DNA from: Candidatus Uhrbacteria bacterium
GTDB lineage: Bacteria > Patescibacteriota > Patescibacteriia > UBA9934
Direction of reading: 5' to 3'
NCBI GenBank assembly: GCA_018673485.1
Contig: JABHCP010000007.1
Location: 9,890-73,889, forward strand
Length of the DNA stretch: 64,000 bases
The first letter of the stretch is position 1; each line of letters starts with the position of its first letter. Under the pieces are notes generated by a model. The model was not told where the DNA came from, did no database searches, and saw nothing but the letters and a program-made list of their open reading frames with translations. This document shows positions 27,286 to 35,622 of this stretch, piece by piece. The translations under genes were made by a program, and so were the position numbers.

Positions 27286-28491
27286 TTAATTCGTATACTC
27301 GATTGATGTTTTCACTGGACTCATCTTGCGCAAGCGCTCGACGATCTCTGGAAGAACTTCAAGTACGCGTTTCAGATCTTTCTTTGTTGTTGACCGGCCT
27401 AGGCTGAAGCGTAAACTTCCGTGTGCTACTGCGAAGGGAACTCCAAGGGCTAAAATCACATGGCTTGGATCCAACTTTTCGCTTGTGCACGCTGACCCTG
27501 AAGATGCGTAAATACCTCGCGCATCAAGATAGAGCAAAAGCGCCTCGCCCTCTACATCTAAAAATGAAATGTTGATGTTGTTAGGAAGTCTGTCTATTGC
27601 GTGACCGTTAAGTCGAACTTTTGGAACTCGCTCCTTAACCTCATCAATAAAATAATCTCGAAGTTTTGTGAGACGCTTAACTTCTCGCTCTCGATCACTG
27701 CGAGCCAGCTCAACCGCCTTTGCAAATCCAACTATCCCTGCAACATTCTCGGTTCCTGGTCGAAGCCTACGCTCCTGAGAACCACCAAACATAATTGGCT
27801 CTATCTTGACTCCACGTTTGATGAACAATGCACCCGCACCCTTCGGTCCGTAAATCTTTGAGGAGTTGACTGTCATCAAATCAACGTGCAGAGCCTCAAC
27901 TCGCATGTCCAAATACCCAAATGCCTGACAGGCGTCGGTGTGGAAAAGCGGATATGATGTTTTATTTTGTTTTTTGTATTTATTTATTGCTCGTCCAATA
28001 TCTGCCAGCGGATGAATCGTACCGATCTCATTATTCGCATACATGATTGAAACTAAAATCGTATCATCACGTAATGCTTTTTCAACGTCGCTAATCGAAA
28101 CACGTCCGTACTCATCGACATTCAACAATGTCACCTCAAACCCCTCCTTCTCCTCCAAATGTCGAAGCGCCTCAAGAACGGCTGGGTGCTCAGTCACGCA
28201 CGAGACGATGTGCCTACCGCTATCCTTATGAGCTCGAGCAGCTCCTAAAATTGCCATGTTGTCAGACTCAGTTCCACTGCCTGTAAAAATAATCTCGTCA
28301 GCTCGTGCGTCCATCGCGTCAGCCACCATCTTTCGAGCGCTCTCGATTAAATCTCGAGCCTCCTTACCCTTCATGTGCATGCTCGACGGATTGCCTAGCC
28401 CTAGATTCTCTATCTTACGCATCAAATCAACCACCTCTTTGCGAGTTGGCGTTACAGCAGCGTGATCAAGATAAATTTGTGACTTTTTCAT
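27286..28491 (-). CDS. iscS: cysteine desulfurase
   Basis: class V aminotransferase; PLP-lysine region SSKIYGPKG; active-site SGSACTS. Confidence 0.9.
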   Translation of the reverse strand: MKKSQIYLDHAAVTPTRKEVVDLMRKIENLGLGNPSSMHMKGKEARDLIESARKMVADAMDARADEIIFTGSGTESDNMAILGAARAHKDSGRHIVSCVTEHPAVLEALRHLEEKEGFEVTLLNVDEYGRVSISDVEKALRDDTILVSIMYANNEIGTIHPLADIGRAINKYKKQNKTSYPLFHTDACQAFGYLDMRVEALHVDLMTVNSSKIYGPKGAGALFIKRGVKIEPIMFGGSQERRLRPGTENVAGIVGFAKAVELARSDREREVKRLTKLRDYFIDEVKERVPKVRLNGHAIDRLPNNINISFLDVEGEALLLYLDARGIYASSGSACTSEKLDPSHVILALGVPFAVAHGSLRFSLGRSTTKKDLKRVLEVLPEIVERLRKMSPVKTSIEYTN

Positions 28492-28498
28492 AAATTAC

Positions 28499-28538
28499 AT
28501 GTTTCACATATTGGACGATCGTCAACATTGTGAAACAT
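28499..28538. repeat. 40-bp near-palindrome centred on CGATCG (GTTTCAC arms)
   Basis: ATGTTTCACATATTGGACGATCGTCAACATTGTGAAACAT immediately 5' of iscS; shares GTTTCAC...GTGAAAC arms with 27228..27267. Confidence 0.7.
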
Positions 28539-28718
28539 TTCAAATAAGCTAACTGTCTTCTTTAATGGCCTAGGATATGTGTTTTTATGCCTTCTGTCAA
28601 CAATTCTACCACGGAGCGTGTTGGTTGACAGTTTGTCACTTTTTAGCTAATCTAATCAGCCGTTCCTACGTATTTCGCCCCATTAACCACCGCTGCGCTA
28701 TATGCGCTGAGGATACCC

Positions 28719-29417
28719 ATGTCCGAACCCGCCACCACACGTCAAGAACTTATAATCAAGATCCTGCGACTCGAAGCTGACAATGCTCGCCTGCAGGCTG
28801 AACTCGAGACTGCTAAGATCCGCATCCAGGAGCTCGAAGCTGAGCATGCACCGGAGATGTGCGCCGAGTACGACATCTGTACCCTCTCCAAGCCCATCGA
28901 GGAGTTAGTGCTTTCGAAACGCGTGAAAAAACTTCTCCGGTTTGGCTTCTATGACATGCCTGATGGTTCCATGGTATACATCTGGCAACTCATTGAAAAA
29001 ACTGAGGCCGAGGTACTCCATATCCGCGGCTTGGGGCGCAAGAGCTTTGGTCAAATCAAAGTGGAGCTAGCCGAACTCGGACTCAGCCTTGGCATGGGAT
29101 GCCCGGACGAGATCAAGGCCCAGCTCCCCCACCCCGACTTCAGTGCAAAAATGATCGAAAATCTCTCCCGTACGTGGGATGATATCGAGCTCTCGATTCG
29201 CGCAGCGAACTGCTTCAATCTCCACAGCATCTGGTACGTCTGGGAGTTCGTCGAGTACACCGACAAGAGGGCGCTTGCAGAGATCAAGAACTTCGGACGC
29301 GGGACGCTCAACGAGCTCAAGGAAATCCTCGAAGAGCTCGGGCTAGAGCTCAACACGAAAATACCACTCGAGGTCAGAACCCGGCTACCACAGGACAATC
29401 CGTACCTCAGGCACTAG
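28719..29417 (+). CDS. stand-alone protein with N-terminal coiled coil and two RNA polymerase alpha-CTD-like domains
   Basis: IELSIRAANCF and ELGLSLGMG blocks match the rpoA C-terminal domain (LELTVRSANCL...SRGLSLGM) twice; about 58% GC. Confidence 0.6.
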   Translation: MSEPATTRQELIIKILRLEADNARLQAELETAKIRIQELEAEHAPEMCAEYDICTLSKPIEELVLSKRVKKLLRFGFYDMPDGSMVYIWQLIEKTEAEVLHIRGLGRKSFGQIKVELAELGLSLGMGCPDEIKAQLPHPDFSAKMIENLSRTWDDIELSIRAANCFNLHSIWYVWEFVEYTDKRALAEIKNFGRGTLNELKEILEELGLELNTKIPLEVRTRLPQDNPYLRH

Positions 29418-29481
29418 GCCCCCGCGGCCAACACGCACGTCAAAACCCCACCGCCAACTGGCGCGTGGGGTTCTCAGCTTT

Positions 29482-29536
29482 TAGTAGATCTCTCGTCGCT
29501 CCGACCCGTCAGACGGGTCTTCGCTCCTCGAGATGG
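29482..29536 (+). repeat. modular GC-rich repeat (TAGTAGATCTCTC...hairpin...CTCGAGATGG)
   Basis: termini as at 63653..63681; inner hairpin CGACCCGTCAGACGGGTC as in 9854..9982. Confidence 0.5.
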
Positions 29537-29624
29537 AAAAGGGGGGTAAAGGCTGGGGGGACCTTAAATACAAAACCAGCTTTCGCTGGTTATCTTAAAC
29601 TGCGTACTGAGTACTGCGCACTAA

Positions 29625-30623
29625 TTACTGCCCCTTACATCCACCAAAAGTGAATGCGTAAAAGCTAACATGATCTGAGGATGTTTTTAGTTTCAATGTT
29701 CCTTTGTGATAAACATCTGAATCAACCAAGTTGTACATTCTTGATGCTGTCATTTTTACAATTGCTTTGCCGTTTTTCATCTCAACGTCGGTGCCCAACA
29801 TGTCCTCTGGCAATGGGTGACCGTCAAGCTCAATTTCAACCTCGGCTGCTCGAGTCTTCTTTAGTGACCCTGCCACTAAGTTCACAGAAAACCCGCTGTA
29901 CTTGAGTGCTAAGTATTCGTTCGCACTTGCTAACGCTCTCGTGTGACTTAATTGCTCCTTATCCACCGTCCAGTGTCCGTGCAGATATACTAAATCGTCT
30001 TGGTGTTCGCCCTTGTCATTGAAATCAACTTCACTACCTGGAATAACGCCGTGTGCGTTGCCAAAACGACCACGTAAAAATCCCAAATAAGTTTCTGGTG
30101 TTGTTCTGTAGCAAATCCCCCCGCCAACTGATACGTCGGGTGCGATCTCGGGAAGATCCTCTACACCAATATCACGCAAAGCTTTTTGAATCTCGGCTTC
30201 AGTCTCTGCGTATCCTCCTTCACCGATGTGATCATAAACAATCTCACCATCTTTGTTTAAAAGAAGCTTACGAGGCCACCAACGGTTAGTGTATGCTGTC
30301 CAAACTTTATAATCTGAATCAAGAATTACTGGATACTTAATCTTAAATCTTTTAATCGCACTTTCAACATTCGCTTTCTCTTTTTCAAAATCAAACTCCG
30401 GAGTGTGCACGCCGATTATCACCAAACCCTTGTCTGCGTATCGCTTATGCCAGTCGCGCAAATGATCGAATGTTCTAATACAATTAATACATGAGTAGGT
30501 CCAAAAATCTAAAAGCACCACTTTTCCTTTGAGTGATTTGAGTGTGTGCGAATCTCCATTGAGCCACTCAAGGCCTTTAGGAAATTCCGTCGCATGAATT
30601 TTTTGAAGTCGATGCAAGAACAT
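29625..30623 (-). CDS. thioredoxin-fold thiol-disulfide oxidoreductase (TlpA/redoxin-like) with extra C-terminal domain
   Basis: WTYSCINC CxxC motif in redoxin context; 332 aa. Confidence 0.7.
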   Translation of the reverse strand: MFLHRLQKIHATEFPKGLEWLNGDSHTLKSLKGKVVLLDFWTYSCINCIRTFDHLRDWHKRYADKGLVIIGVHTPEFDFEKEKANVESAIKRFKIKYPVILDSDYKVWTAYTNRWWPRKLLLNKDGEIVYDHIGEGGYAETEAEIQKALRDIGVEDLPEIAPDVSVGGGICYRTTPETYLGFLRGRFGNAHGVIPGSEVDFNDKGEHQDDLVYLHGHWTVDKEQLSHTRALASANEYLALKYSGFSVNLVAGSLKKTRAAEVEIELDGHPLPEDMLGTDVEMKNGKAIVKMTASRMYNLVDSDVYHKGTLKLKTSSDHVSFYAFTFGGCKGQ

Positions 30624-30626
30624 GTA

Positions 30627-31331
30627 TTAGTAAATATCAATTCCAAAATAAGTTGCCACCAGTCTACCAAGCAAATAACCAACCATTGCGGCACTTAGCG
30701 AGATTAGCGTCATCTCCAAACCACTCTTGAGCACGTGCCCGCCAACAACCTTTGCCTTAGCGACTCCTAGCCCAAACAGCACAATGCCAGTAATAATGAT
30801 CGACGGGACAATGGCTTCCATCACAGGCATGAAGAAGTATGGTAGCAATGGAAAAATCCCACCAACCAAATAGAACGCGCCCATTACAACCCCTGATGCG
30901 ACCGGTGATCCGGAAACTGCAGGCGCGAATCTGTACTCGCAACGTTGCACCTCCCGCATCCAAAGCTTTCGCTCTTGAGTCAACACATTTGCAATGCGAT
31001 TGATTTGATCTTTGGTAAATTTCTTGCGCTTAAGTGCCTGCTCGAGCGACTCATTATCCGAGATTCTTTCCTGCAAAAGCCTAGCTCCATCTTGACGCTT
31101 ACGATCCTCAAAAACTTCGCGCGCTGACTTAGATGATAAATAACTTCCGGCCGCCATTGAAAGTCCTTCAACGAAAACTAAAACCACACCGGTTAGCGCT
31201 ACCACAAACTGACTCTGTGATCCCACCGCAACACCAGTAACAACGCCCAGAGTAGAAACCAAAGAATCTTCAAAACCAAAAACGATCTCTCTAATGAAAA
31301 AACCCGCACGGTTTTTGAGTCCCCCTTTCAT
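30627..31331 (-). CDS. VIT1/CCC1-family iron/manganese transporter
   Basis: EDSLVSTLGVVTGVAVG and C-terminal TM block typical of the VIT family. Confidence 0.8.
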   Translation of the reverse strand: MKGGLKNRAGFFIREIVFGFEDSLVSTLGVVTGVAVGSQSQFVVALTGVVLVFVEGLSMAAGSYLSSKSAREVFEDRKRQDGARLLQERISDNESLEQALKRKKFTKDQINRIANVLTQERKLWMREVQRCEYRFAPAVSGSPVASGVVMGAFYLVGGIFPLLPYFFMPVMEAIVPSIIITGIVLFGLGVAKAKVVGGHVLKSGLEMTLISLSAAMVGYLLGRLVATYFGIDIY

Positions 31332-31455
31332 ATCACGGACATTATAACGCTTTGTAGTTAATAATCAAAGAATGTAGAGAGTAGAATGTAGAATGTAGTT
31401 TTTGATCTGAATACTACCCTCTACTTTCTACCTTCTACTTTCTGGGTTATAATGA

Positions 31456-31884
31456 ATGCATATGCAAATCTCCCAACATTATCCCCCATACGAACAAAAG
31501 ACATATGTGGTCGTCACGAATAACGAGCTTGCGCGTGTTTACGTTGCTAAAGAGCGCGAGATTGAGGAGGTAAAAGGATTCAAAGCTAAAGAAGTTGATA
31601 AAGAGGGCACGAATAGTGGCACCAGTCACGACGGGCCGCGTGATTTTGACGAAGACAAGAGGAATGTTCGCCAAGCAATGTACAAATCACTTTCAAAATA
31701 CCTACTCAAAGAGCTTAAAGCTGAAGATGCGGACCTAGTCCTATGCGCGCCAGAGGCTTTAAAAAATGAAGTATTTGAAAGCATGCACACCGACGTTCAA
31801 AAAGCAGCAGAAGAAGTTGTACCAAAAAACCTAGCATCACTAGAGCTCGATCAAATAGTCAGAATACTGCAGGAAGTTAGATAA
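31456..31884 (+). CDS. hypothetical protein (142 aa)
   Basis: ORF with an ordinary composition; hairpin GCCCGCTTT-CAA-AGCGGGC downstream. Confidence 0.5.
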   Translation: MHMQISQHYPPYEQKTYVVVTNNELARVYVAKEREIEEVKGFKAKEVDKEGTNSGTSHDGPRDFDEDKRNVRQAMYKSLSKYLLKELKAEDADLVLCAPEALKNEVFESMHTDVQKAAEEVVPKNLASLELDQIVRILQEVR

Positions 31885-31998
31885 TAGTAGATAAAAACAG
31901 CCCGCTTTCAAAGCGGGCCTTGTGCTTGAAAAGAGTAATTAAACCTGCTACACTCTTCGCGTGGCCATCCGTCTTCGCATAAAGCTACGACGGACACA

Positions 31999-32018
31999 GC
32001 GTGGCGAAGCTAGTTAAC
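31999..32018 (+). other. partial duplicate of the tRNA-Cys 5' half
   Basis: GCGTGGCGAAGCTAGTTAAC matches tRNA nt 6-25 (19/20); a 3'-end-like CGCGTGGCCATCCGT lies at about 31959. Confidence 0.4.
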
Positions 32019-32144
32019 CCACCGACGCTCCTCTGGAGCTTTGGCGGGCACGTCACGTCGTTCGCGAACGACGTGACAGGCGCGACTCCGTCACTCACCT
32101 TCGATGGTGGTCGCAAGTAGTTCTTTTCTATAAATTTATGATAT

Positions 32145-32221
32145 GGCCACGTGGCGAAGCTGGTTAACGCGACGGTCTGCAAAACCGTTACGCGTCGGTT
32201 CGAGTCCGACCGTGGCCTCCA
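32145..32221 (+). tRNA. tRNA-Cys (GCA)
   Basis: cloverleaf: acceptor GGCCACG/CGTGGCC, anticodon stem ACGGT/ACCGT, loop CTGCAAA, T-arm GTCGG-TTCGAGT-CCGAC, encoded CCA. Confidence 0.85.
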
Positions 32222-32407
32222 TCCGTAACAATTTGATACATCGAATTGTTACGGATGTCCTGAGCGAACGAAGAGAGTCGAAGGGCTCACGTTCGATAAG
32301 GGCATCAATAAAATTATCACTAATTACGAATCATTTGGGTTGAACCGTAAATGAGTGAAAAACAAAAACACCCCGCAAGGGGTGGTTTTTGTTTTTATGA
32401 TCGAAAA

Positions 32408-33148
32408 CTACTTTTCTTCTGAGTTGCGCTCAAAAGCCTCATCCTGCAAAAACGTTATCATGGTTCGATATGTTTCCTCACTACTCATACCAGATTCTGC
32501 CAATCGTTTAAATTCATTAAACACCATCTTTGCATCAGCCTCATTTTTTCCTATTTTTTTGATGGAATAATGAAGATCGGAAGGTTTAAAATCTGCAGCT
32601 TCTTGCTGGGTAAGAACAGATGGCTCCAAGCCATGCCATACTATGGTGTAGTTATTCAGAGAATCATCCCAAGCTACACCAGCATCTACCTCCCCTATCC
32701 GAAATCTATCCGAGAATTTCTCAGACTCACTCTCTACGACATCCTCCTCATCAAAACTCGCCATACTCTTTGCTTCTTCAAAAATTGCCTCTGCCTCTGG
32801 TTTATAATACTGGCCCTCTTCGTCCAAAAATGCATTTGCGGCTTCTTGAAGGTTTGCAAGCAATTCTCTCCAATCCAATCCATTAATCGTCTCGGGGTCC
32901 GCCTCGCCAAGCTCAATAAGAGCCCTCTCCACAGTCACCAAACCTGGATTATACGGATCAATCTCTCCAATGCGCTCAGCAAAACGTGCGACAGCCATAA
33001 CCTGAGCCCCCTCCCTAATACCACGTGCCATATTCTCGACCTTCTTCAAATCCAGCGCCTTTTTTTTCTCGGCATCTCTTTTCTCTATCCCTTTTTCTCG
33101 ACCGCTTCTGACCATATCAAGCGCAAAATTCTTTTTTCCATCTACCAT
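32408..33148 (-). CDS. hypothetical acidic protein (246 aa)
   Basis: long ORF; the opposite-strand ORF 32570..33346 looks spurious. Confidence 0.5.
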   Translation of the reverse strand: MVDGKKNFALDMVRSGREKGIEKRDAEKKKALDLKKVENMARGIREGAQVMAVARFAERIGEIDPYNPGLVTVERALIELGEADPETINGLDWRELLANLQEAANAFLDEEGQYYKPEAEAIFEEAKSMASFDEEDVVESESEKFSDRFRIGEVDAGVAWDDSLNNYTIVWHGLEPSVLTQQEAADFKPSDLHYSIKKIGKNEADAKMVFNEFKRLAESGMSSEETYRTMITFLQDEAFERNSEEK

Positions 33149-33177
33149 ATAATTTTATTTAAAAATATAATTTTAAT

Positions 33178-34056
33178 TTACTCAACAATCAACACTCCCA
33201 TCATGTCCCAGTCTTCGTCTGCTCGGAAGTTGTACTCTCCTGGTTCGAGGTCAATGGTTAGAACGATAATCTCTTCTGGCTCTATTTTTCCTGTTGTAAA
33301 TAAATTATCGTCTGACTCTCGAACAGTTAGTGTTTCTGATGTGTAATTTACAAATTTTATAGTACCTCCTTGAGAGACAGTGAGTACGTTGTACCCGCAA
33401 TATGACTCTGTGCAGTTGTCTCCGTCGTCCTCAAGATCGTCGTCCTCGTCGATTGCTGCAAAACGTAGTGGGTCCTCGTACATCATAACTCCTGTAGCAC
33501 TAAACAAGTCTATGCTGTCTGAAATCGTGTAATCATTAAGGTCAATGAAGATTACATCATCGGCCAACACACCAGACAACACCGTATAATGCGGAATAAA
33601 CTCATTTGGAAGCATGTCTACAAGCCCTGTCCAGTCTTCACCAAACATTGCGTTGGCGTTGTCTACATTCTTAACTGCAGCGAGCATATTACTACCAACT
33701 GGAACATAAACTTCCGATCCTGTTGAGAGCTTTAAGAGTCTTGTGGTTGCGCCCTCGTTTCCAAGTTGTGGCCTGTAAGTTACCATTCCACTAAAGGCAA
33801 TCATGTCCATTTCAGAAACCGCTATTGTTTGTACTGAATTGAAATCATCGTACCAAGTGAAAAATGTAGCTTCGTTTGGAAATCCGTAACGCAGCTCGTC
33901 ATTACCAAAATAATAAACTGTGCTCGATGCCGCACTCTTAATAAGTGTTCCTGGTTCGATATCTGCCACTGTTGGGAACTCAAGTGCAGCTGACGCTGGC
34001 ATTGCGATCATCGCACTAACCGCAACTATCGCCAATGATAATATAATCTTTTTCAT
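33178..34056 (-). CDS. secreted hypothetical protein
   Basis: signal peptide MKKIILSLAIVAVSAMIAMPASA; 292 aa. Confidence 0.55.
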   Translation of the reverse strand: MKKIILSLAIVAVSAMIAMPASAALEFPTVADIEPGTLIKSAASSTVYYFGNDELRYGFPNEATFFTWYDDFNSVQTIAVSEMDMIAFSGMVTYRPQLGNEGATTRLLKLSTGSEVYVPVGSNMLAAVKNVDNANAMFGEDWTGLVDMLPNEFIPHYTVLSGVLADDVIFIDLNDYTISDSIDLFSATGVMMYEDPLRFAAIDEDDDLEDDGDNCTESYCGYNVLTVSQGGTIKFVNYTSETLTVRESDDNLFTTGKIEPEEIIVLTIDLEPGEYNFRADEDWDMMGVLIVE

Positions 34057-34073
34057 AAATATTCGCTTTATTT

Positions 34074-34619
34074 TTACTCTGTTAACGTTACTACTTCTGC
34101 ACTTAGAATCACATCTTGAGCATCATCCATGTCCCGCCCCTGCTGCCAAACCATGAACTGATATTTTGAGTCTTCTGTGACAAAGTAGTAATCATAGTTA
34201 AGTCTACCAGCGATCTGACACTCATCTCCATCTTCACAAAGCTTCAAACGATAAAACCCGTCACCAAGGTCTTCGGACTCTGATGGAATAACTCGACGCT
34301 CATCAAGCTTCAACGCTCGGATATATGTGAAATCATCCATATTGACATCACCAAGGGCTTGGAACGCCTCTGTCTCTGGCATGTAACCTGAGCTTGAATA
34401 GACGTTTGCTGATGTACTTTGAAGTACAATGTCAGAAATCTCGCGAGAAACGCCCTCCTCAATTGGTACCGGCTCACTATCAAGCTGATACTGACGAACC
34501 GTCACCCATTCGTTTGGCAAATCAAATGCCAAAAACCAATCTCCCTCTACAGCGGTACTTGGCATACACCCAGCACCCAACAGAACTAGAGCAAATAACC
34601 CTAAAAATACTTTTTTCAT
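34074..34619 (-). CDS. hypothetical lipoprotein
   Basis: lipobox LLGAGC. Confidence 0.55.
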   Translation of the reverse strand: MKKVFLGLFALVLLGAGCMPSTAVEGDWFLAFDLPNEWVTVRQYQLDSEPVPIEEGVSREISDIVLQSTSANVYSSSGYMPETEAFQALGDVNMDDFTYIRALKLDERRVIPSESEDLGDGFYRLKLCEDGDECQIAGRLNYDYYFVTEDSKYQFMVWQQGRDMDDAQDVILSAEVVTLTE

Positions 34620-34784
34620 ATATATTGTTTATTACTGAGTACATCTTAGCATTTCATGTTAAACAAAAAAAGACCCACACCACACCCATCCCGACGTAAG
34701 GAGGGATCCCTCGGCATACGCCTCGGGATGGAGGGAATGGTGGACTAAACAAAAAATCCCGCCACATGGCGAGATTTTTTTATT

Positions 34785-35312
34785 TTATTGGTTTGGGTAA
34801 ACCTCGATATTAATGTTTTGATATCCGAACTCGATAGCGTCATCATACTCTTCCATCCAAATATCTACTCGCTCCCAATATCTAGAGTTCATACGATCCT
34901 CAACGATAAAAATATCATCACCATAGATTTCAGGAATTTTTACGCGCGTACCAATGGGTAAAAAGTTTGCCGCTAGCACTCCGTGTCGTGTAGTTGTTCC
35001 GGATGCGGTAATAAATGGAGTATCGTCAGTCTGCCATGGAAGTGAATTGTAGGCTGTTGCCGGCACCGTAATGGTGTAGGCTGGTCCTCGCAAGTCAGAC
35101 GCAGGCAACTCTCCATACTTTCGGAAGTTGTTCTGGATTGCGTCTATTTCAAGCGCCAATGCTTGATTAGTGTAATCCAGGTCCACACTTGCTGAGGCTT
35201 CAATTGGTAAAACAACATAGGCCAATGCAAAAGTTATAAGTCCAATTAATGCACACTCGATCGGAGACTTTTTAGTTACTTTTATAACCTCCTTAAGAGA
35301 TATGTATTTCAT
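34785..35312 (-). CDS. 3D-domain (MltA-like) cell-wall protein
   Basis: C-terminal GTRVKIP...FIVEDRMNSRY...VDIWM resembles the 3D domain; N-terminal TM anchor. Confidence 0.6.
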   Translation of the reverse strand: MKYISLKEVIKVTKKSPIECALIGLITFALAYVVLPIEASASVDLDYTNQALALEIDAIQNNFRKYGELPASDLRGPAYTITVPATAYNSLPWQTDDTPFITASGTTTRHGVLAANFLPIGTRVKIPEIYGDDIFIVEDRMNSRYWERVDIWMEEYDDAIEFGYQNINIEVYPNQ

Positions 35313-35622
35313 AGGATATAAGGATTTTTAGTAAAATCCTCAGGTTAATATAAGAATTTAACTAAAGGATGTTTAATAACATTCCTTAGCTGAATTCTCA
35401 CTCAATCGACGACCCGCCCAACAGTTGGATTTAGGCACCTTTTTACAGGTATCAAAAATCCCCCGTTGTACGAGGGATCATAATAGTAGCATATTTGACC
35501 CTAAAAGTCAACGGATAAGTCTGAATTTGGGCCAAAATTAGCATAGAAAAAAACACCTCTTTTTTGCCAAAATCACTAATTTCTCGTATACTTCGCGCAT
35601 CAGAAAAAATAAATACTTTGAT

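Noticed and set aside
32570-33346. 258-aa plus-strand ORF
   Set aside because: Completely overlaps two minus-strand genes and has a low-complexity Ile/Leu/Ser-rich translation typical of an AT-rich antisense frame
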